A stretch of 64,000 nt of DNA from the NCBI RefSeq assembly GCF_009914755.1, contig NC_060930.1. One strand, written 5' to 3'. Each line of letters begins with the position of its first letter. Position 1 is the first letter of the stretch. The notes under the pieces were generated by a model. It was not told the DNA's origin and ran no database searches. It worked only from the letters and a program-made list of their open reading frames with translations. Shown piece after piece: positions 16,762-33,945 of this stretch. Origin of the DNA: the human T2T-CHM13v2.0 reference genome, Homo sapiens. The translations under genes and the position numbers were made by a program.

Positions 16762-18034
16762 AACCGTTATTCTAAGTGACGTAAATAATTGAAAAGTCTG
16801 CCAAAAGAAGGAAGACATTGAGCATACAAAATGCATCTCATGTGCTTTGGGGCATTAATCTCACTACTTGAGGCTCATAATTTGCACTTGGACATAGTTC
16901 ACTGTGTGAGCCAAATAAAATGTACACTGGCATCTAATATTTAACAATACGTGGACATGTATATAAGCATAAGCCTGTTTACTGTTGAGCTGCACGGTAA
17001 TTGAGCTTCAATAACCATAATCAATAGTACTGTTACAGAGTTAAGCCAATTTTCTTTTCTTTTCTCACTCTGTTAGCCTCTAAATGTGTATTATCATTGA
17101 AATATCATTGACTGTTCTTCACCTCATGCTCAAGTGATTAAATGCAAATTAAAAGGCAAAAATCCACAATTGTTCTTCCCGGGACATGGGGTGCCTCCCA
17201 TCACTCCACACACTCCATGTTGAAATAACCTACATGTGAATGAATCAAACAAGTGAAGTACTGTGTGCTCAAATAGCAATAGCCTAATAAGGTGGCAAGC
17301 AGATAGATTCTGAAACTATAATTGCTTTGGGAGAGGAGCGTTTTAATGGTGAGGCATAAGAAACAATCACCAAATAAAGACTTCTAAGAAAAGTGCAGAC
17401 ACCATCCTAATTGCATAAAAACAGGAGGGCTTACATGGTCAATAATAGGCTTTTTGTTGCAGTCATTTTCTATCAGGCTTATTCCATTCTTTTTGTGAGT
17501 ATTTTCATACTAAAGGAGAGGTGTACCTTTCTCAATGGAATAAATTGTGCAGTGAACAATTATGAACAGAAATAGTAAGTCAATAGAAATAAAGTTGGTG
17601 AAACCTTTATTTCAGAGAATGCAATCTCAATGATTGCAAGCATGAAAAGAGAAACATTTGTGACTTGTATATCGAGTCATGCAAGCTTGATTAGGCCAAC
17701 AGGAGCCACCATGAGACATGCACTGGAGGGGATGCAGAAGCCCGGGGCCCGGACCAAAGCCAGAATGAGCTTTCACCCACCACTTCTAGGAATGAGTTCC
17801 ACCATCATCCTACTGGTTGGGGAGGGACAGAGGTGCATTAATCATGGTAGAACAACACTATCATTGTACTTGAACATTATTTCAAGTGTGCCATGTGTCT
17901 CGCTGTGTGTGGCAGGATGCCATTCTCATTCTTCCTTCCTTTTGTTTCTTTCCATACGCTGGTGATCTAAAGTTATGCAATAAATGGCAATCAGCATCAG
18001 CAAGACACAATTTTCCTTGTCTTTTTGATGACTT

Positions 18035-18170
18035 TTGCTCAAAGTGTGGACAACAGACCAGCAACATTGGCATCACATGGGTGCTTGATAGAAATGTAGG
18101 CCCTTGGGTCCCACCCCAAACCTACTGAATCAAAGTCTGTATCTTAACAAGATCCCAAGTGATTCCTATG
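18035..18170. mobile_element. MER5-family DNA transposon fragment
   Basis: ctcaaagtgtgg...accagcaacattggcatcac...cctactgaatcaaa...ttaacaagatccc. Confidence 0.7.
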
Positions 18171-18198
18171 CTGTGGATAGGCCACTCTACAGAATATG

Positions 18199-18499
18199 GG
18201 CTGGGCACGGTGGCTCATGCCTGTAATCTCAGGACTTGGGTGGGGCGAGGCAGGTGGATCACAAGGTCAGGAGTTCGAGACAAGCCTGGCCAGCATGGTG
18301 AAACCCCATCTCTACTAAAAAAGAAAATACAAAAAATTAACTGGGCATGGTGGTGCATGCCTGTAATCCCAGCTACTCAGGAGGCTGAGGCAGGAGAATC
18401 ACTTTAACCCAGGAGGTGGAGGTTGCAGTGAGCCGAGATTGCACCACTGCCCTCCAGCCTGGGTGTTAGAGTGAGACTCTGTCTTAAAAAAAAAAAAAA
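18199..18499 (+). mobile_element. AluS (Sg-like)
   Basis: Full dimer with A-tail. Confidence 0.95.
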
Positions 18500-19794
18500 T
18501 GAAGCACCTTCTGTGGCTCTCAGAAGCCACTATCTCTTCTAGGATAGAGCCAGGAGTGAAGTCTTTACAACCTTCACGACATGAGGCACCTGCTAGATGG
18601 AGCCAGGACACTGGGATGAGAGAAGCAGGGAGGAAAGAGAAATGGAGGGAGACAAATGTAGACGGGCCTCTCAGGTGCACACTGATGCTGGCTCTGAATG
18701 CACTGATTGGTGACTCATGAGATAAATAACACTTTGCACCATTCTCTGGACTTTTCTAAAAGTGCATTGACTCGGCGTGTGCTATTTTATGTTGTTATGA
18801 GGCACAATGACTTTTCTTTCGAGTTTTCTGAGAGTAACTTAGCTTTGTTTAAAAATGGTAGTTTGGCACTAAGTGCCCATATTTTGCTGACTCTCACTGA
18901 GGCCTGTAGGTGCAAGACCCAAGCCCCCTGCAATGGCTCCCCCAAGACTATTTGGGGGGGTTCTGCAAGTGACTTATACGTGTGCTCCCAAACAATTACT
19001 GTGTGGCATCTGGATGACGTCATGGCCTCTTCTGGGTAGACGCGTCATTTCTAGGGAGAGTTGCCCATGTTGGGCATGGCTGTCACTTTTTTTGGGTTCC
19101 ACTGTGCCCAAAGGCCCTATAGCCCCTGCTGACCAGATCCTCCACCACCAATGCCAGAGCCTCTAGGGGGCCAGAGCCAGGTGGAAAGGGTATACACTGT
19201 CAGAGAGCTACCAAAGCTTGGCTATGGCCAAGTCACTTACTGCTTTGAGACTTGTTTTCCCATTTATAGTAAAGAACAGTGACTTCTACCTTGCAGCGTG
19301 GGTATATGGATAAGCAAAGGACCTGGCCCAGAATGGGCATATTAGCTTGCTAGTGTGGTCATGATTTTTACCTTGAATACATTTTCAATGGACTTTATTT
19401 GACTAGGCTCTAGGAAGCTATTCGAAGGCCCTTTTTACTGTCAAGAGCATGTGGATTTCTGCGGGCTGCAGGATGTAGGCTGTGAAGACAATCTGAGAGT
19501 GACTTCTAGTAACTCCACTGATCACCAGCATGAATGGGGCTGATCTGGCTGGCTTCCTTCTTGTGCTCCCCGTGAGACCATTCCTGCCTGAGAAAAGAAG
19601 GCAATGAAAGAAATGGGGGACCTTGCCCAGGCAATCTCCTCCTGATCTTGTTGTGCCCTCCCCTGCGTGCCATCTGTCCTCCCTGATTCAATTGCCTGCC
19701 TTTGAAAACTGGAGCTGCCACTGTTCACATCCTTCAGGCATGATCCAACCACCTCCTCCCTTCCGGCCCAAGTGTTCCCAGTACACTGTCCTCA

Positions 19795-20725
19795 TACATA
19801 GACACACACTACAACACACACACCACCTTCACACACAGACACACACACACTACTTTCACACACAGACACACACTACCTTCACACACAGGCACACTCACAC
19901 TATACTCACATCACCCTCACCCACAGAACCACACATGCACTCATGCCCAGGCTGTGAAAGGAGAGTAAATCTTGGGACCCCCAAATCACGAAGCCAAAGG
20001 GAAAAGTCAAGCTGGAAACTATGTCAGGCAAACCTGCCTCTCATTTTATTCCTAAATAAGATATCTACAAAGGTAAAAAAGTCACATACCTCCCTTACAA
20101 TTTCCCCACAAGAAAATTCCTTGTGAACAAAGGAGAGACAGAACTCAAAGTCACCCCTCTGCTCACCTGGGACAAATGCATACCCAGTGGCTTTTCTGTT
20201 CTATCATTTCACTAAGCCAGACTAAGACATAAGTGACTATTCCTGTATCTTGTGTATTCAGTGAAAGGCTAATCAGAGACTCAAAAGAATGCAACCCTTT
20301 TTCTCTTATTTACCTATGACCTGGAAGCTCCCTCTCCTGCCTTGAGTTGTCCTGCCTTTCCCGACCAAACCAATGTACATCTTACATGTATTGATTGATG
20401 TGTCATATCTCCCTAAAATGTATAAAACCAAGTTGTTCCCTGACCACCTTGTGCACATGTCATCAGGACCCCCTGAGGCTGTGTCACCAGTGTGTCCTTA
20501 GCCTTGGCAAAATAAACTTTCTAAATTGTTTGAGATCTGTCTCAGATACTTTTGGGTTCACAAGACACACACATACCATATCATAGGCATACACATACCA
20601 CCTTCACACCTAGACACACACACATGCACTTATGCATACACAAACACATACCACCCTCAAACACAGACACACACACATGCGCACACACACACCACAGCAT
20701 ACACACACACTCTCACACACACACG
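19795..20725. repeat. Degenerate (CA)-rich tract split by the MER4A LTR (19795-19950 and 20563-20725)
   Basis: Visible CA/CACAGA runs either side of the LTR. Confidence 0.85.
19953..20562 (+). mobile_element. MER4A/MER4A1 solo LTR (ERV1)
   Basis: TG...CA ends: tgtgaaagga..aatcttgggacccc to ctcagatacttttgggttcaca; AATAAA near 20511; TSD aggc/agac. Confidence 0.85.
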
Positions 20726-20944
20726 AATTGCCTTTCACTGATAACGTTGACCTCCCTTTTATTATTACCAGTCAACCATGGAAATTTGAACATAATGCTT
20801 CAGAAAGCTCATAAATAACAGTAATGTAGTTTTTTTTTTCCTGGTTTCAAATCCCAATTTTCAAACTTTACATCAGAACTTAAAAGAAAAAGAATCAATC
20901 TCATGATCAAATATAAGACAAATGTGTTTCCCTTAAAAGGCTAG

Positions 20945-21503
<559 letters not shown>

Positions 21504-21670
21504 TAAGTTATGCCATTTAGAATTTGAAGTCTTAGGTTCTGGACCCAGATCTGCTACGGACTAGTTGGGAGATTTGGAAAATATACATAATCTCTCTAAG
21601 CCTCAATGTATTCATCCAGCAAAGAGGGTTAATAATATCTACTTGACAAGGTTTGGGATAGGAAAAATGA

Positions 21671-21988
<318 letters not shown>

Positions 21989-22082
21989 TGAGATACTATG
22001 TCTACGAGTACTTGAATATTCCCTGGCACAGGTGATGTATTATTTGTGAAAGTCATTTGTCATCTCTAAGCCAACATGTGTA

Positions 22083-22085
<3 letters not shown>

Positions 22086-22121
<36 letters not shown>

Positions 22122-22300
22122 ATATAATATACAGTATACTACATATTTTAAGTATAAAAATATATAAATTATAATAAAATATATACTATATAGTATATAG
22201 CATTTTACTATAACATATTTTTGCTATTTACTATATTTTACTATTATAATATATAATCTAGAAGAGCAGTGTGTGTGTGTGTCTACATATACACACACTA
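22086..22300. repeat. (CA)n microsatellite followed by a TA-rich tract and short (GT)n
   Basis: Directly visible. Confidence 0.9.
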
Positions 22301-22481
22301 CCCATTTCTTACACCGATTTCTCTAAGGGTCTAAGTCCACAGTCTAATAATTGCTTGTATTTTGTAAGTTTGCAAAATAAATAGCAGCATTTATTTTAAC
22401 AAAAATTGTCCATTTTATAACTAGAAGCTAAATAGCCCTGAAATGAGAAACTGGGAATATGCTGTTAGGACTATTCAGATC

Positions 22482-22787
<306 letters not shown>

Positions 22788-23433
22788 CATTTCTTACATA
22801 TAATAAAACCCTTTAAAAAATTTTTTAAACTAATGCAACTAGAAAAATTCTGCAACTAGAAGTGATTCCTGCCCCTGAATTTCTTCCAGTCAGGTCAATC
22901 AACAGATTACTATTAAAGCAGATTTCATTCAGATAAATTTAAAATTGTGAAAAGATCAACACGTGTTTTGGTTTGTTTTTTGGTAATCACATTATAAATT
23001 GAACTTCATTCACAAGTATTTTTTTTTTCTCAAACTTTAAGAGTGAGCACAAACATCTATTTTCTTTTGTTTTGGTTTTTTCTCTTGAATATCCCATGGA
23101 AGTAAAATCGATTTGACATAAAGTTCACCCTTTCTGCCACCTCTAGTCTTATAGTCTGATAGACAAGTCATACGTTTCTTCTCTCAGTTTTAAAAATATT
23201 GAACCCCAAGATCCGAGAGTTAATTATATATATTTGATTAGAGTTCTCAGAGAAAGAATCTCAACTCAGAATTGGTGATTTGGCCATAAAATTAGGTGGA
23301 AGGGGAAAACACGCTCAGTGGCTCCATTCGGGTGGACCCCACCCAGTCTCTCCCTTGCTGAGGTCTCTTTGGCTTCTAGGAGCAAAATACCCCTAGGTCC
23401 CTGGCCAGCTCACACTGGAGCATCCTCTCATGA

Positions 23434-23841
<408 letters not shown>

Positions 23842-24436
23842 CCCATGACTTTTTCTAAGACTAGCATCTGGAAGGCCAGGAGAATGGGTCTTTTAATTAG
23901 CAAGCTGTCATTTACATGAGCGGAAATCCACATAGTAGAGTTCCTTGGTTGTCTCACAGCCTAAGGAAGGTTGTTTAGCCTTCTACTATCTTTCTATGCT
24001 AACTGCAGAACTGTAACTCAATTAGCATTTTAATTTCAATGGAATTAGTGATCCTGTTTTTGACCTTGTACTCAGAGACCTGCATAATGAGGGGTTAATT
24101 TAGCTGGGAGGTATAGATTTTTGCCATAGTCATAACTAATCTATTAGCAGTCTTGGGGGAAAACATTAAAAGCTGAAGGCATGTAGAATTCATGTTCAGG
24201 TACCTACAGAAAGCTAGAATTAGAGATGACTTGGGGGAATGGGCTGGGTCTTATGAAATATATCTGCTGTTTCTCAGTTGGAAGGTGAGTTGGAGGGCAA
24301 GGCTTCAGGGGTCCTTCATTCTCGCTGACCAATGTGCTTAGGTTTCACTGAGCATGGATGTCTCCTGTCTTCACTGATCTTTCTATCCCAGTGATCCTCG
24401 AGACTACACATCCCATTATATAAAAGCCATCTATTG

Positions 24437-24744
<308 letters not shown>

Positions 24745-26899
24745 CTATTCAGCATCAACATTATGCTACATTCTCCATGATTTATGGTATGTGGATTTTT
24801 CTATGTTGGTAAAAGCTCTTTTTGATGATCCCTTGCAGATTTTTTAATATACAAAACATTGAAATTTTCTTGAAATAACAAAAAGTTAGAAGTTGAATGT
24901 TAAAAATACCCATGGCATAATAATAGTGCTGCCATTTTTTGCACTATGAAGGGAAATGTATTGTAGTATAGGATGTTGGCTCTGGACTTCAGAGATCATC
25001 TCAACCCTCTCACTTTACAAGTAAGAAACTGGGTCCAGGAAACTGTTCATGATATGCCAGAAGTACTTCCTTGTCTCGAATTCTTCTGACAATTTAATAA
25101 TTTCATGTGCCATAATTATATAATACAATAATTTCTCATATAAACATTATTTAATAAATATAAATAAATTTATTATAAGTAGTACTTATTTGATGATATG
25201 ATTTGCCTTATACACTTTTGACAAAGATAAAAACTAAAAAATGTATTATTACACAAAGTGTCTTTCCTCCGCCCAGAAATCAGACTTGACTGAATGGGGC
25301 CTGAGTTGTTGGTTTTCTCCCCAGGTTCAAAGCAATAGGAAATGTCCCACTGCTTAGAATAATAAAGCACCTTATTTTTTTAAGAAAAAAAAATTAAATA
25401 GCTCACTAGAAACCTTTTCAAAACTGAGATATCATCGATGTAAATAGTTTGTTGAAGAATAAATATTTAAAATAAAAGATTGCTGGATTTCCATTTATCA
25501 CTACAGTACGGTTCTCAGGACTCTGGAAAAGGAAAATATATCTTTCTCCCAAAATCTGGAGATAAAATTTCACTTGCAATTTTTATGAAAGTTACAAGGT
25601 GCTTTAAAAGTTTTGATCAATCCCCCCACTTCCCCTCTCCTATGAGAGACAATTTAGTGAGGGACAAATAGAGGATGATACCCCTGGGGTGAGGGGAGGG
25701 AACAGAAGGGCTGAACATGGAGCCTGGCTGGCATTAGCTTGAGGAACCACAGCGTGATTCCCTTTAGAGGAAATAGGGTCAGGGGCTGCAGAGACAAGAA
25801 ATGGAGGTTCATTGCAGATGAGGGACAGGACCCTCAGGTCTGGAGAGCTCAGTTCTGGTCCCAGTTCCCACACTACCCACCTACTAAGCTTGGGTAAACA
25901 CCTTCCATGGACCACAGGCTGCAATGATCTACAGGAAAGGGCAGACTGAATGAACTGCCATTTGTATCCCAGCTCTCAAATTTTATGATTCTGTCTCCCA
26001 GTCGCCCATTGCTTTCAAGAATGGGGCTGTCTGAAAGCAAGTCTGTCTGAGGGCAGCTGGGAAATTGGAAGATAGAACAAAGATATTAGTTCTATCTTTA
26101 TTATTTAAAAAACAAAAACAAAACAGGAGCTGCCAAGATTGCAGAAACTTCGAGGAGGACCTACATACAGATTCCTGTCAAACTCCCCATTGAGGAAGCC
26201 TGCCTAGTTTCATGGTCCCCATTTGTAAAATAGGAACCTGCGCTAGATGTTTTTATAGTCTTTCTGAGTTCTATGGGTTTTTTCTTCTTCTTTTTAATAA
26301 TTCTATGGCTATCCCTTGGCTAGAATTTCAAGGGGATGATGCATCAAAGGAAATAGTTAACTTGACTTTTGGAGTTTAAGTCTTGAATTCTAGAGCTGAA
26401 AGGGATGTTTAAACTATCTGATTTAACCTCTGTAACCTAAAGATGAACTAACAGGAGACCCCAAATCTGTGGTTCCTCCAAACCCAGTCTGTCTACTGCT
26501 AATTCAAGGCTCTTTTTGATACACATCATTGCTTCACTAACCTCTAACTCCAGGATACCTAGAGCATTTTTGGGGTGAGTAGTTGGGATGTTGTCCTCCC
26601 ACTACTCGACCACTCTTTCTTATTCCCATCATAATGTTCATCCTATTTGAGAACTTGAAGAAGCTGGCATTGATCAACAGGGAGTCTGTTGACCAAGATG
26701 TGGTATCATGAGAGATTCTGTGGGAATGCCAATGCCCCAGGTACCATGGAAGGAGGTGTAAGAGAGTGGGACTAAAAGGCCCAGCTTCTAAAGCTCAGCA
26801 TTTCTATACACAGGAGCCGCAGATAGACCTAAGCTCATGTCCAAGGTGGAAGGTGCTCTCTAGAGAACACCAAAGGAAACAAAACCAGTTAATTATTAA

Positions 26900-27775
26900 A
26901 TCATCTTATCATTAAACACAGATACAAACATCCTAATCAATATATTAAAACATTAACATACAAAAATAAAAAGCAATTATGACCGAAGTTGGAATGATTC
27001 CAGAATTGCATGTTTTGATTAATATCAAAATTGATTACCTAATGGCTCTAGACTTTATCAATGCTTGCCAACACAAAAAAAGAAAGAAAATCAGACATTG
27101 GGTGCTTCCTAATGGAAGAGCACCACACCACTGATGGCACATCCATGTCAAAAAATTTTTAAAAATCAAAGCGGAATCAAATCAAGCCTCTAGATTCAGC
27201 CACTAATTAAGAAATACAGAGGAACTAAGAAGCATGTTAAATGACATTAAGGGGATGCAATCAGAAAATCCAGATTGTGGATAATGCAACAGGATATTTG
27301 GGGTTTTTAAAACAAATAAATTACAAAAACATTTCTTAGAAAGATGAAGACTGACCTATAGATTAAAAGCGATTTAAAAGGCCTATCAAACAATCCTAGT
27401 GTGTAGACCTCATCTGAATCTCTGAATAAAAAAGGCAAAATGTAAAAACAAAACAAAATGAAAATAATTTATAAATAACATTTATAAGACAATTGAAAAT
27501 TTGAATAAATACTAGTTATTTGATATTAATGAGTCATTAAAATTTTTTATGTACAAACGGTATTATAATTATGTTTTCAAAAAGAATCATACCTTTTAAA
27601 GATACATATTGAAATATTTATAGAAGAAATTATATGTTTTATAAAAACAGGGAAAAGGATGGGATATAGATGTAGAAAGTTTAGTTGTGAGTTGATAACT
27701 GTTAAAATTAGATGATGACTATATGGTACTCATTATATTATTTTGTCCACATTTGTATGTTTTTGAAATTCCCTT
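26900..27775 (+). mobile_element. Old L1M fragments including an L1MC4/5-like 3' end
   Basis: aaatcaagcctctaga, ggggatgcaatcagaaaatccaga, ggtactcattatattattttgtccacatttgtatg. Confidence 0.65.
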
Positions 27776-27849
27776 ATTACATTGCATAGCTAAATTTGTT
27801 ATAATTTTTCTTTTGATAGAAGCAAAACTAATCTAATAAAGCTTTTAGA

Positions 27850-29200
27850 AAATGAAGTGCTGTATGGAGAGGTTTCTTAAACAGAATGCAAATAGCATAA
27901 CTGTAAACAAAAAGCTGGACAAGCTGGACTACTTCACAAACAGGAACTTACATTCATCAAACGATACAACTGAGAGTGGCAAGGCATGTGACAAAGTAGA
28001 AGGAAATAGGTGCTTCATTTAGAATAGACACAGAATTTCTACAACTCAATAAGGAAGAAAGAAACAATTGTGCATACATATTTAGCTATCTGTGTTTCAT
28101 TTTGAGAATAAATCCACACCTGCTCAGAATCATTTGAGCTTCCGGGTCACAGTTTGTGTTTCCTACCCGAAGGATATTCCCTACTCCTGAATTCTACCAG
28201 TAGCTTCGAAATACGGAATTTGATAGCACAGTGATAGTAAAGACAAATAAATAGAAGCTCAAGTCACTTCTGTTCTATTATCCCTATTATCTAATAGAAT
28301 AACTCTATTAGAGTTATTCTTTGGGATTAAAATTTAAAACAATGAAAGAGTGCAAACTATGGAGTGTAATTTTGCTTGGTAAGTGTAAATTTTACCTCTG
28401 TACAAATGATTTTTACTGAATTTTAATACTATTTTAATTTTTAGTTTATTTTAAAACTAAAGGACAAATCAAGAAAATTATTGATAATTATGCAATTACT
28501 TCTGAAACTCATTTTGTCACATAAAGTGTCATATGATCCTCTCTAAGTGTCAGATATTCTAGGTATTCTATTGCCTTGGTATCAAAAGACTTCTAAAAAA
28601 ATTATAAAATGTTATTGAGATATTAAAGACCTAGACAAGTGGAAGTTAAAGAAGTGAAAGGCAATTATTATAAATATATTAATTCTTCCCAAGTCAATTT
28701 GTAAAGTCAAAAAAATCTCTCTTTTTTTAAAGAAACATAAAAGAATATAAATAAATTTCAATACTTTAAAATTAAGAGTACGTGTTTACCAAAAGTCACT
28801 ACTAAGAAATTTAAAAGATAAGCCATAGAATTAGACAAATATTTGAAACATGTATAATTGACAACTAACTCATAACCAGAATATAATAATAAATCAAGAA
28901 ACAAAATGTTGAACAAAAGAATCCAAAAAGCTAGACACAAAATAATACATACTGCATGATTCCATTTATATGAAGTATAAAAATAGAAGCAAATGTAAAC
29001 TCTAGTTTTTTAGGGATGCCTTCTTAAGTGGTAAAACCATAAAGAAAAGGAAGGAAGCAGTTACTCTAGGAGTCAGAGAGCCGATGTCTTTGGGCTTCTG
29101 GGAGCTGGCAACCGTCTATTCCTGACCTCCATGGTGGTTGTATTGGTGTGTGCTTTGTGATAATTTATTGAACTGCACATATGTATACACTCCTCTTGTT
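27850..29200 (+). mobile_element. Patchwork of L1ME fragments, with an unassigned old insert at about 28080-28560
   Basis: A-rich L1-like sequence; aataatacatactgcatgattccatttatatgaagt is an L1ME 3' motif. Confidence 0.55.
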
Positions 29201-31339
29201 CTGTGTTCACAGTCATAACTTTTTTTGCATTCGTGGAAGATAATAAAGGGGTGAAAGTGAGTCTATCCAGATTTCCCTTTCAAGAAACTGGGCTAAAGAG
29301 TCTGCCATAGCCCCTTGAATGAATCAGCCATCCCACGGAAACTTATGCCAATGCCCTGTTGTAGGCCCGTTTAGTCATATGTGGTTCTTTTTTGGTAGAC
29401 ATCAATAGTATGATAGTGAAAAATATTACCCCTCCTATGATGATGTCTTTTCAGGTAAATTATCTATCATGTAACAATCCTTCAAACACCACTCACCACC
29501 ACCACCACTCACCACCACCACATCCTCTCCAGAATTCTTCCAGGCCAGGCTTGTTCTCTCTCTGCTCCTCATTCCCCATCTCTCTTGGTTTCTCTGCCCA
29601 TATTGGACTTATACATTGGTTGTTTTCCACCCAGACCTTTAGACAGGTAATGGTTTTGAGCTGTCTATCTACTCTTTGGCTCTGAGTCCTCTCTCATATG
29701 ACAGTTCTGCTTGTGAGCCCTCCCAGTGCTCTCTATCTTAGGTGGAAATGTTTATACTACCCACCAAAGAGAAGTGTGGAAATTGTGTTCAATGGGATTG
29801 AAACCTTGCAACAGCACAGATGTTTTAGATATATAGGTCTAACATCATATATGAATTATGCACAAGATGGAAGTATTCTAGTCTAATGGACATTCTGGTC
29901 TTGACTAGGTGTTCTTTAAACCTATTAGCTCACAAATTTAAACAAAGCAAACATTTTATTTAAAAGTAGTCAAATCCCATTGCTAAAGCATTTTGGAGAT
30001 TAATTCTTATTTCTAGCAGTTGAGTGTATAAACAGGTTTTATTTAGTATTCATTAAGTATATGATCTACTGTTATTATTTATGCTCAAGAAGAGGTAGTG
30101 GAAGCAATATCTCTGTCTAAAAATGTGCATCCTTCAATAAAAGCCTATATAAAACATCTTAAATACTTCATATCAGTTTTTAGTTTATTTTATTGGAAAT
30201 CTTTGCTTTTCCCTATAAATTAAAAATAAAGTAGCCTTCATTTTTAATTTCCACCTGAAAATCACTTCCTCAGTATGGATAGAATGACTGATTCCAAAAC
30301 AGGTACTTTAAAGTCCTGACATTGTCAATGTTTATGTTTTTATAAATGACAAATGACGACAGTGTTCTAGGCACATACAACTCATTGTTTGATGTTTTGT
30401 TTTAATCCAGTTTTCAGTTGACACAAGCTCTCTATAAGGGAAAAAATGAAAGAATCTTTCTCCCTGGAAAGCTAAATATTTTAGTCAGGTTTAAAAAGTA
30501 TGTGTGTGAGCCCCACAGCAGTCGTAAGGAATGATAAACGCTCTTCTCCAAGGATTTGGTGTAGAGGGGTCATTTTTCGTCTCTAATATTTTTCCGTCAT
30601 TTCTTGAAAAATCCCAGCCTGTTGCCTTTTCATGTTATTAGGTGTGCCTTTTTTTCCCCAAGATTTCTGGGCTGTTGCTATAGGAAAAATATTGATGAAA
30701 TTTAGCCTCATGTCCTTTTGCTCCTGGATTTCAAGTGGGGAACTACATAGCACTGCCCATGTCTCTCACGTCAACTACCTTGGGCCTTGTTTGTTTATGC
30801 CTAAAAGGAGGATCTCCTCTGTACTTTGGCCAACCTACTTATCTTGAACATTGCTAATTTCATCAATGAGTGTCCATTTCTCCATTCCTATAATCCATTT
30901 CCATTGGAATGAAGACTAAAGTTGTGAACTGAATTGATATGGCACCATTTAATTACTTTCCTTCCAAATTCAGTCAGTAATGCTAGCAGAGTGCTTAAGG
31001 ATGCTGTAACATAACTAGCAAGGGTATATTTTATTGATTTATTCATTGATTCCTCAACTATTTATTGTTACCTACCATTTTGCAGTCACTGGGCTGGATA
31101 CCAAGGATACAATGTGGAAAAGATAGACATGGTCCCTGCCCTCGGAGGACAACCAGCTTGTTTCAGACCCAGAAAAGTTCATACAACATCTCAAGGGCAT
31201 GATAAATGTGGAAGTACAGGATATTATTGGAGCACCAGGAGGATTACTGGATCCAGCGTTAGGGAATCTAAGAAGGCTTCCTGAAAGAAGTTAATAGCTA
31301 AATAAAGATGTAAACATGAATAGAAATTAAGCAGGCAAT

Positions 31340-32325
<986 letters not shown>

Positions 32326-33278
32326 AATTAAGCAGGCAAAACAAGGTGACCAAAAGGATCTATCTGTTCAAAGGCCTAGAACCAAAAAGAGAATATTAGC
32401 TACTTCGACAGGAATGTGGCTATCAGGGGAGACATGGTGTAAGAGCAGCACACCAAAGGTGAGATTTTGAAGGACAGAATATGTAGGATTTTGTAAGCTG
32501 AGTTGAAATCTTTGGGACTGATTCTCCTTGTGATAGGAAGCCATGGGAGTGTTTTCAGCATGTGAACCCAGGCTACCTCTGGTACTGGAAGTGATTTCAG
32601 AGGAACAGAATCTCAACCGATGGGTCTCTCAATTGGTGACAATTCCATGTCAATCTCACTGGAGTCCTCTGGGGCTGTCATTAGAAAGCTGCTTGATGAA
32701 TTTTAGTCGCTAGAAGATCCTGTGTCACCCTCTGAGCTGATGAATGGCACAAAGAATGAGCCAGGTGGAGGCTGAGCTTTGGGATTATCTCTGTTTCACT
32801 CAGCTGGGCATTTTCCTCCTGGGCACTCATGTTTACAGTGAATTTGGAGGACAGAAACTAGTGATTAGCTGTGTCTGTGCTGGAAATGTTCAGTACATTG
32901 GACAAGTTGTTCTTCCTGAAGCATCACTAGTAGCTGCTGAAAATATCACATTGCTGAGTAGAGAAAGGATTGTTTATGAGGCTTGTTGTTTCCCAGCCTC
33001 CTGGTTTTCTGTGCCCTGAAGCTTTGGGAGGCAGGTCTTTGTTCAGGACGCAGGGGTGCAGGACCTCTAGGGTATGCAGTGAGCACAGTCACATAATATT
33101 TTGTTCTTCACCAAATTTCTAGGCTTCAATTGAGCACAAACTCCAGTGCAGACCCTCATCACACTGCCATTACTATACAGTTAAGGGACAGTCCTAACTG
33201 GTGTCCTGCCTCAACACCACCCCAACTTTGAGGGGTCAGCTCCCTAGAGCATCAGTTTTATTCTACTTCAAAAAGTAT

Positions 33279-33945
33279 CAAGTGGTTCCTCAGCATCGGG
33301 AATAGTAGATCTCAGCTCTCCCGGCATGTTAGAGTCACCTGAGGAGATTTAAAAAATATCAATGACCCATGTTCACTATATGGATGATGAGACTGACAGA
33401 AGCCCAAACCTCAGCATCACAAAATATATCCTTGTAACAAACATTCACATGTCGCCCCTGAATCTAAAATAAAAGTTAAAAAAAATACTGTGGAGTTCTG
33501 ACATGACAAGTAAGCAACATGAGGAAGAGGCCCCAGGCCGGGGAAAGGCCCCAGGTGGGGAAGAACAATGAATAATTGTTCTGAGAGATGGCTAATCACA
33601 AACAACTTGCAGGCACAAAGACTTCGGTGGTCACAATGACCTTGTTCTGCATGCAGCCCCCACCAGCATGACCTTATAAAACTTCCCTCCAGCCTGTGCC
33701 TTTTTGCAGACAGCCCCTTCTCTGCTGTCCTGCCTGTTGCAACCTTACCAAGTATTATCATTCCTTTTCTAATAATTCTGCCTTTCTTTACCTATGACTG
33801 TCTTGGTAAATTCTTTAACTGCCTGCACCACCGGCTCCAGATAGTCACTACCTGCAACACAGACCACTTGAATCAGCATCTCAGAATTTTTTTTATATAT
33901 CTCCTAAAGTTATTTTAATGTGTAGCAGGGTTGAGAATTATTGAC
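33279..33945. mobile_element. MER5A split by an L1PB/MA 3' end (about 33367-33486) and an LTR
   Basis: Left: agtggttcctcag..atgttagagtcacctgaggag; right: gaatcagcatctc..gggttgagaattattg; L1 tail cccctgaatctaaaataaaag. Confidence 0.6.
33489..33859 (+). mobile_element. Solo LTR, LTR47-like
   Basis: tgtggagt... to ...tgcaaca; TATAAAA near 33675; gtcttggtaaattcttt U5 motif. Confidence 0.6.

Noticed and set aside
18585-19178. CTCF-like motifs ctgctagatggagc and cctctagggggcca
   Set aside because: Both mismatch core positions and cannot be told from chance without PWM scoring or ChIP.
19623-20818. His/Thr-rich ORFs up to 167 aa
   Set aside because: They are read through CA-rich low-complexity DNA and the MER4A LTR.
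22077-22298. Palindromes tgtgtacgtacaca and atatactatatagtatat
   Set aside because: Expected in CA/TA low-complexity sequence.
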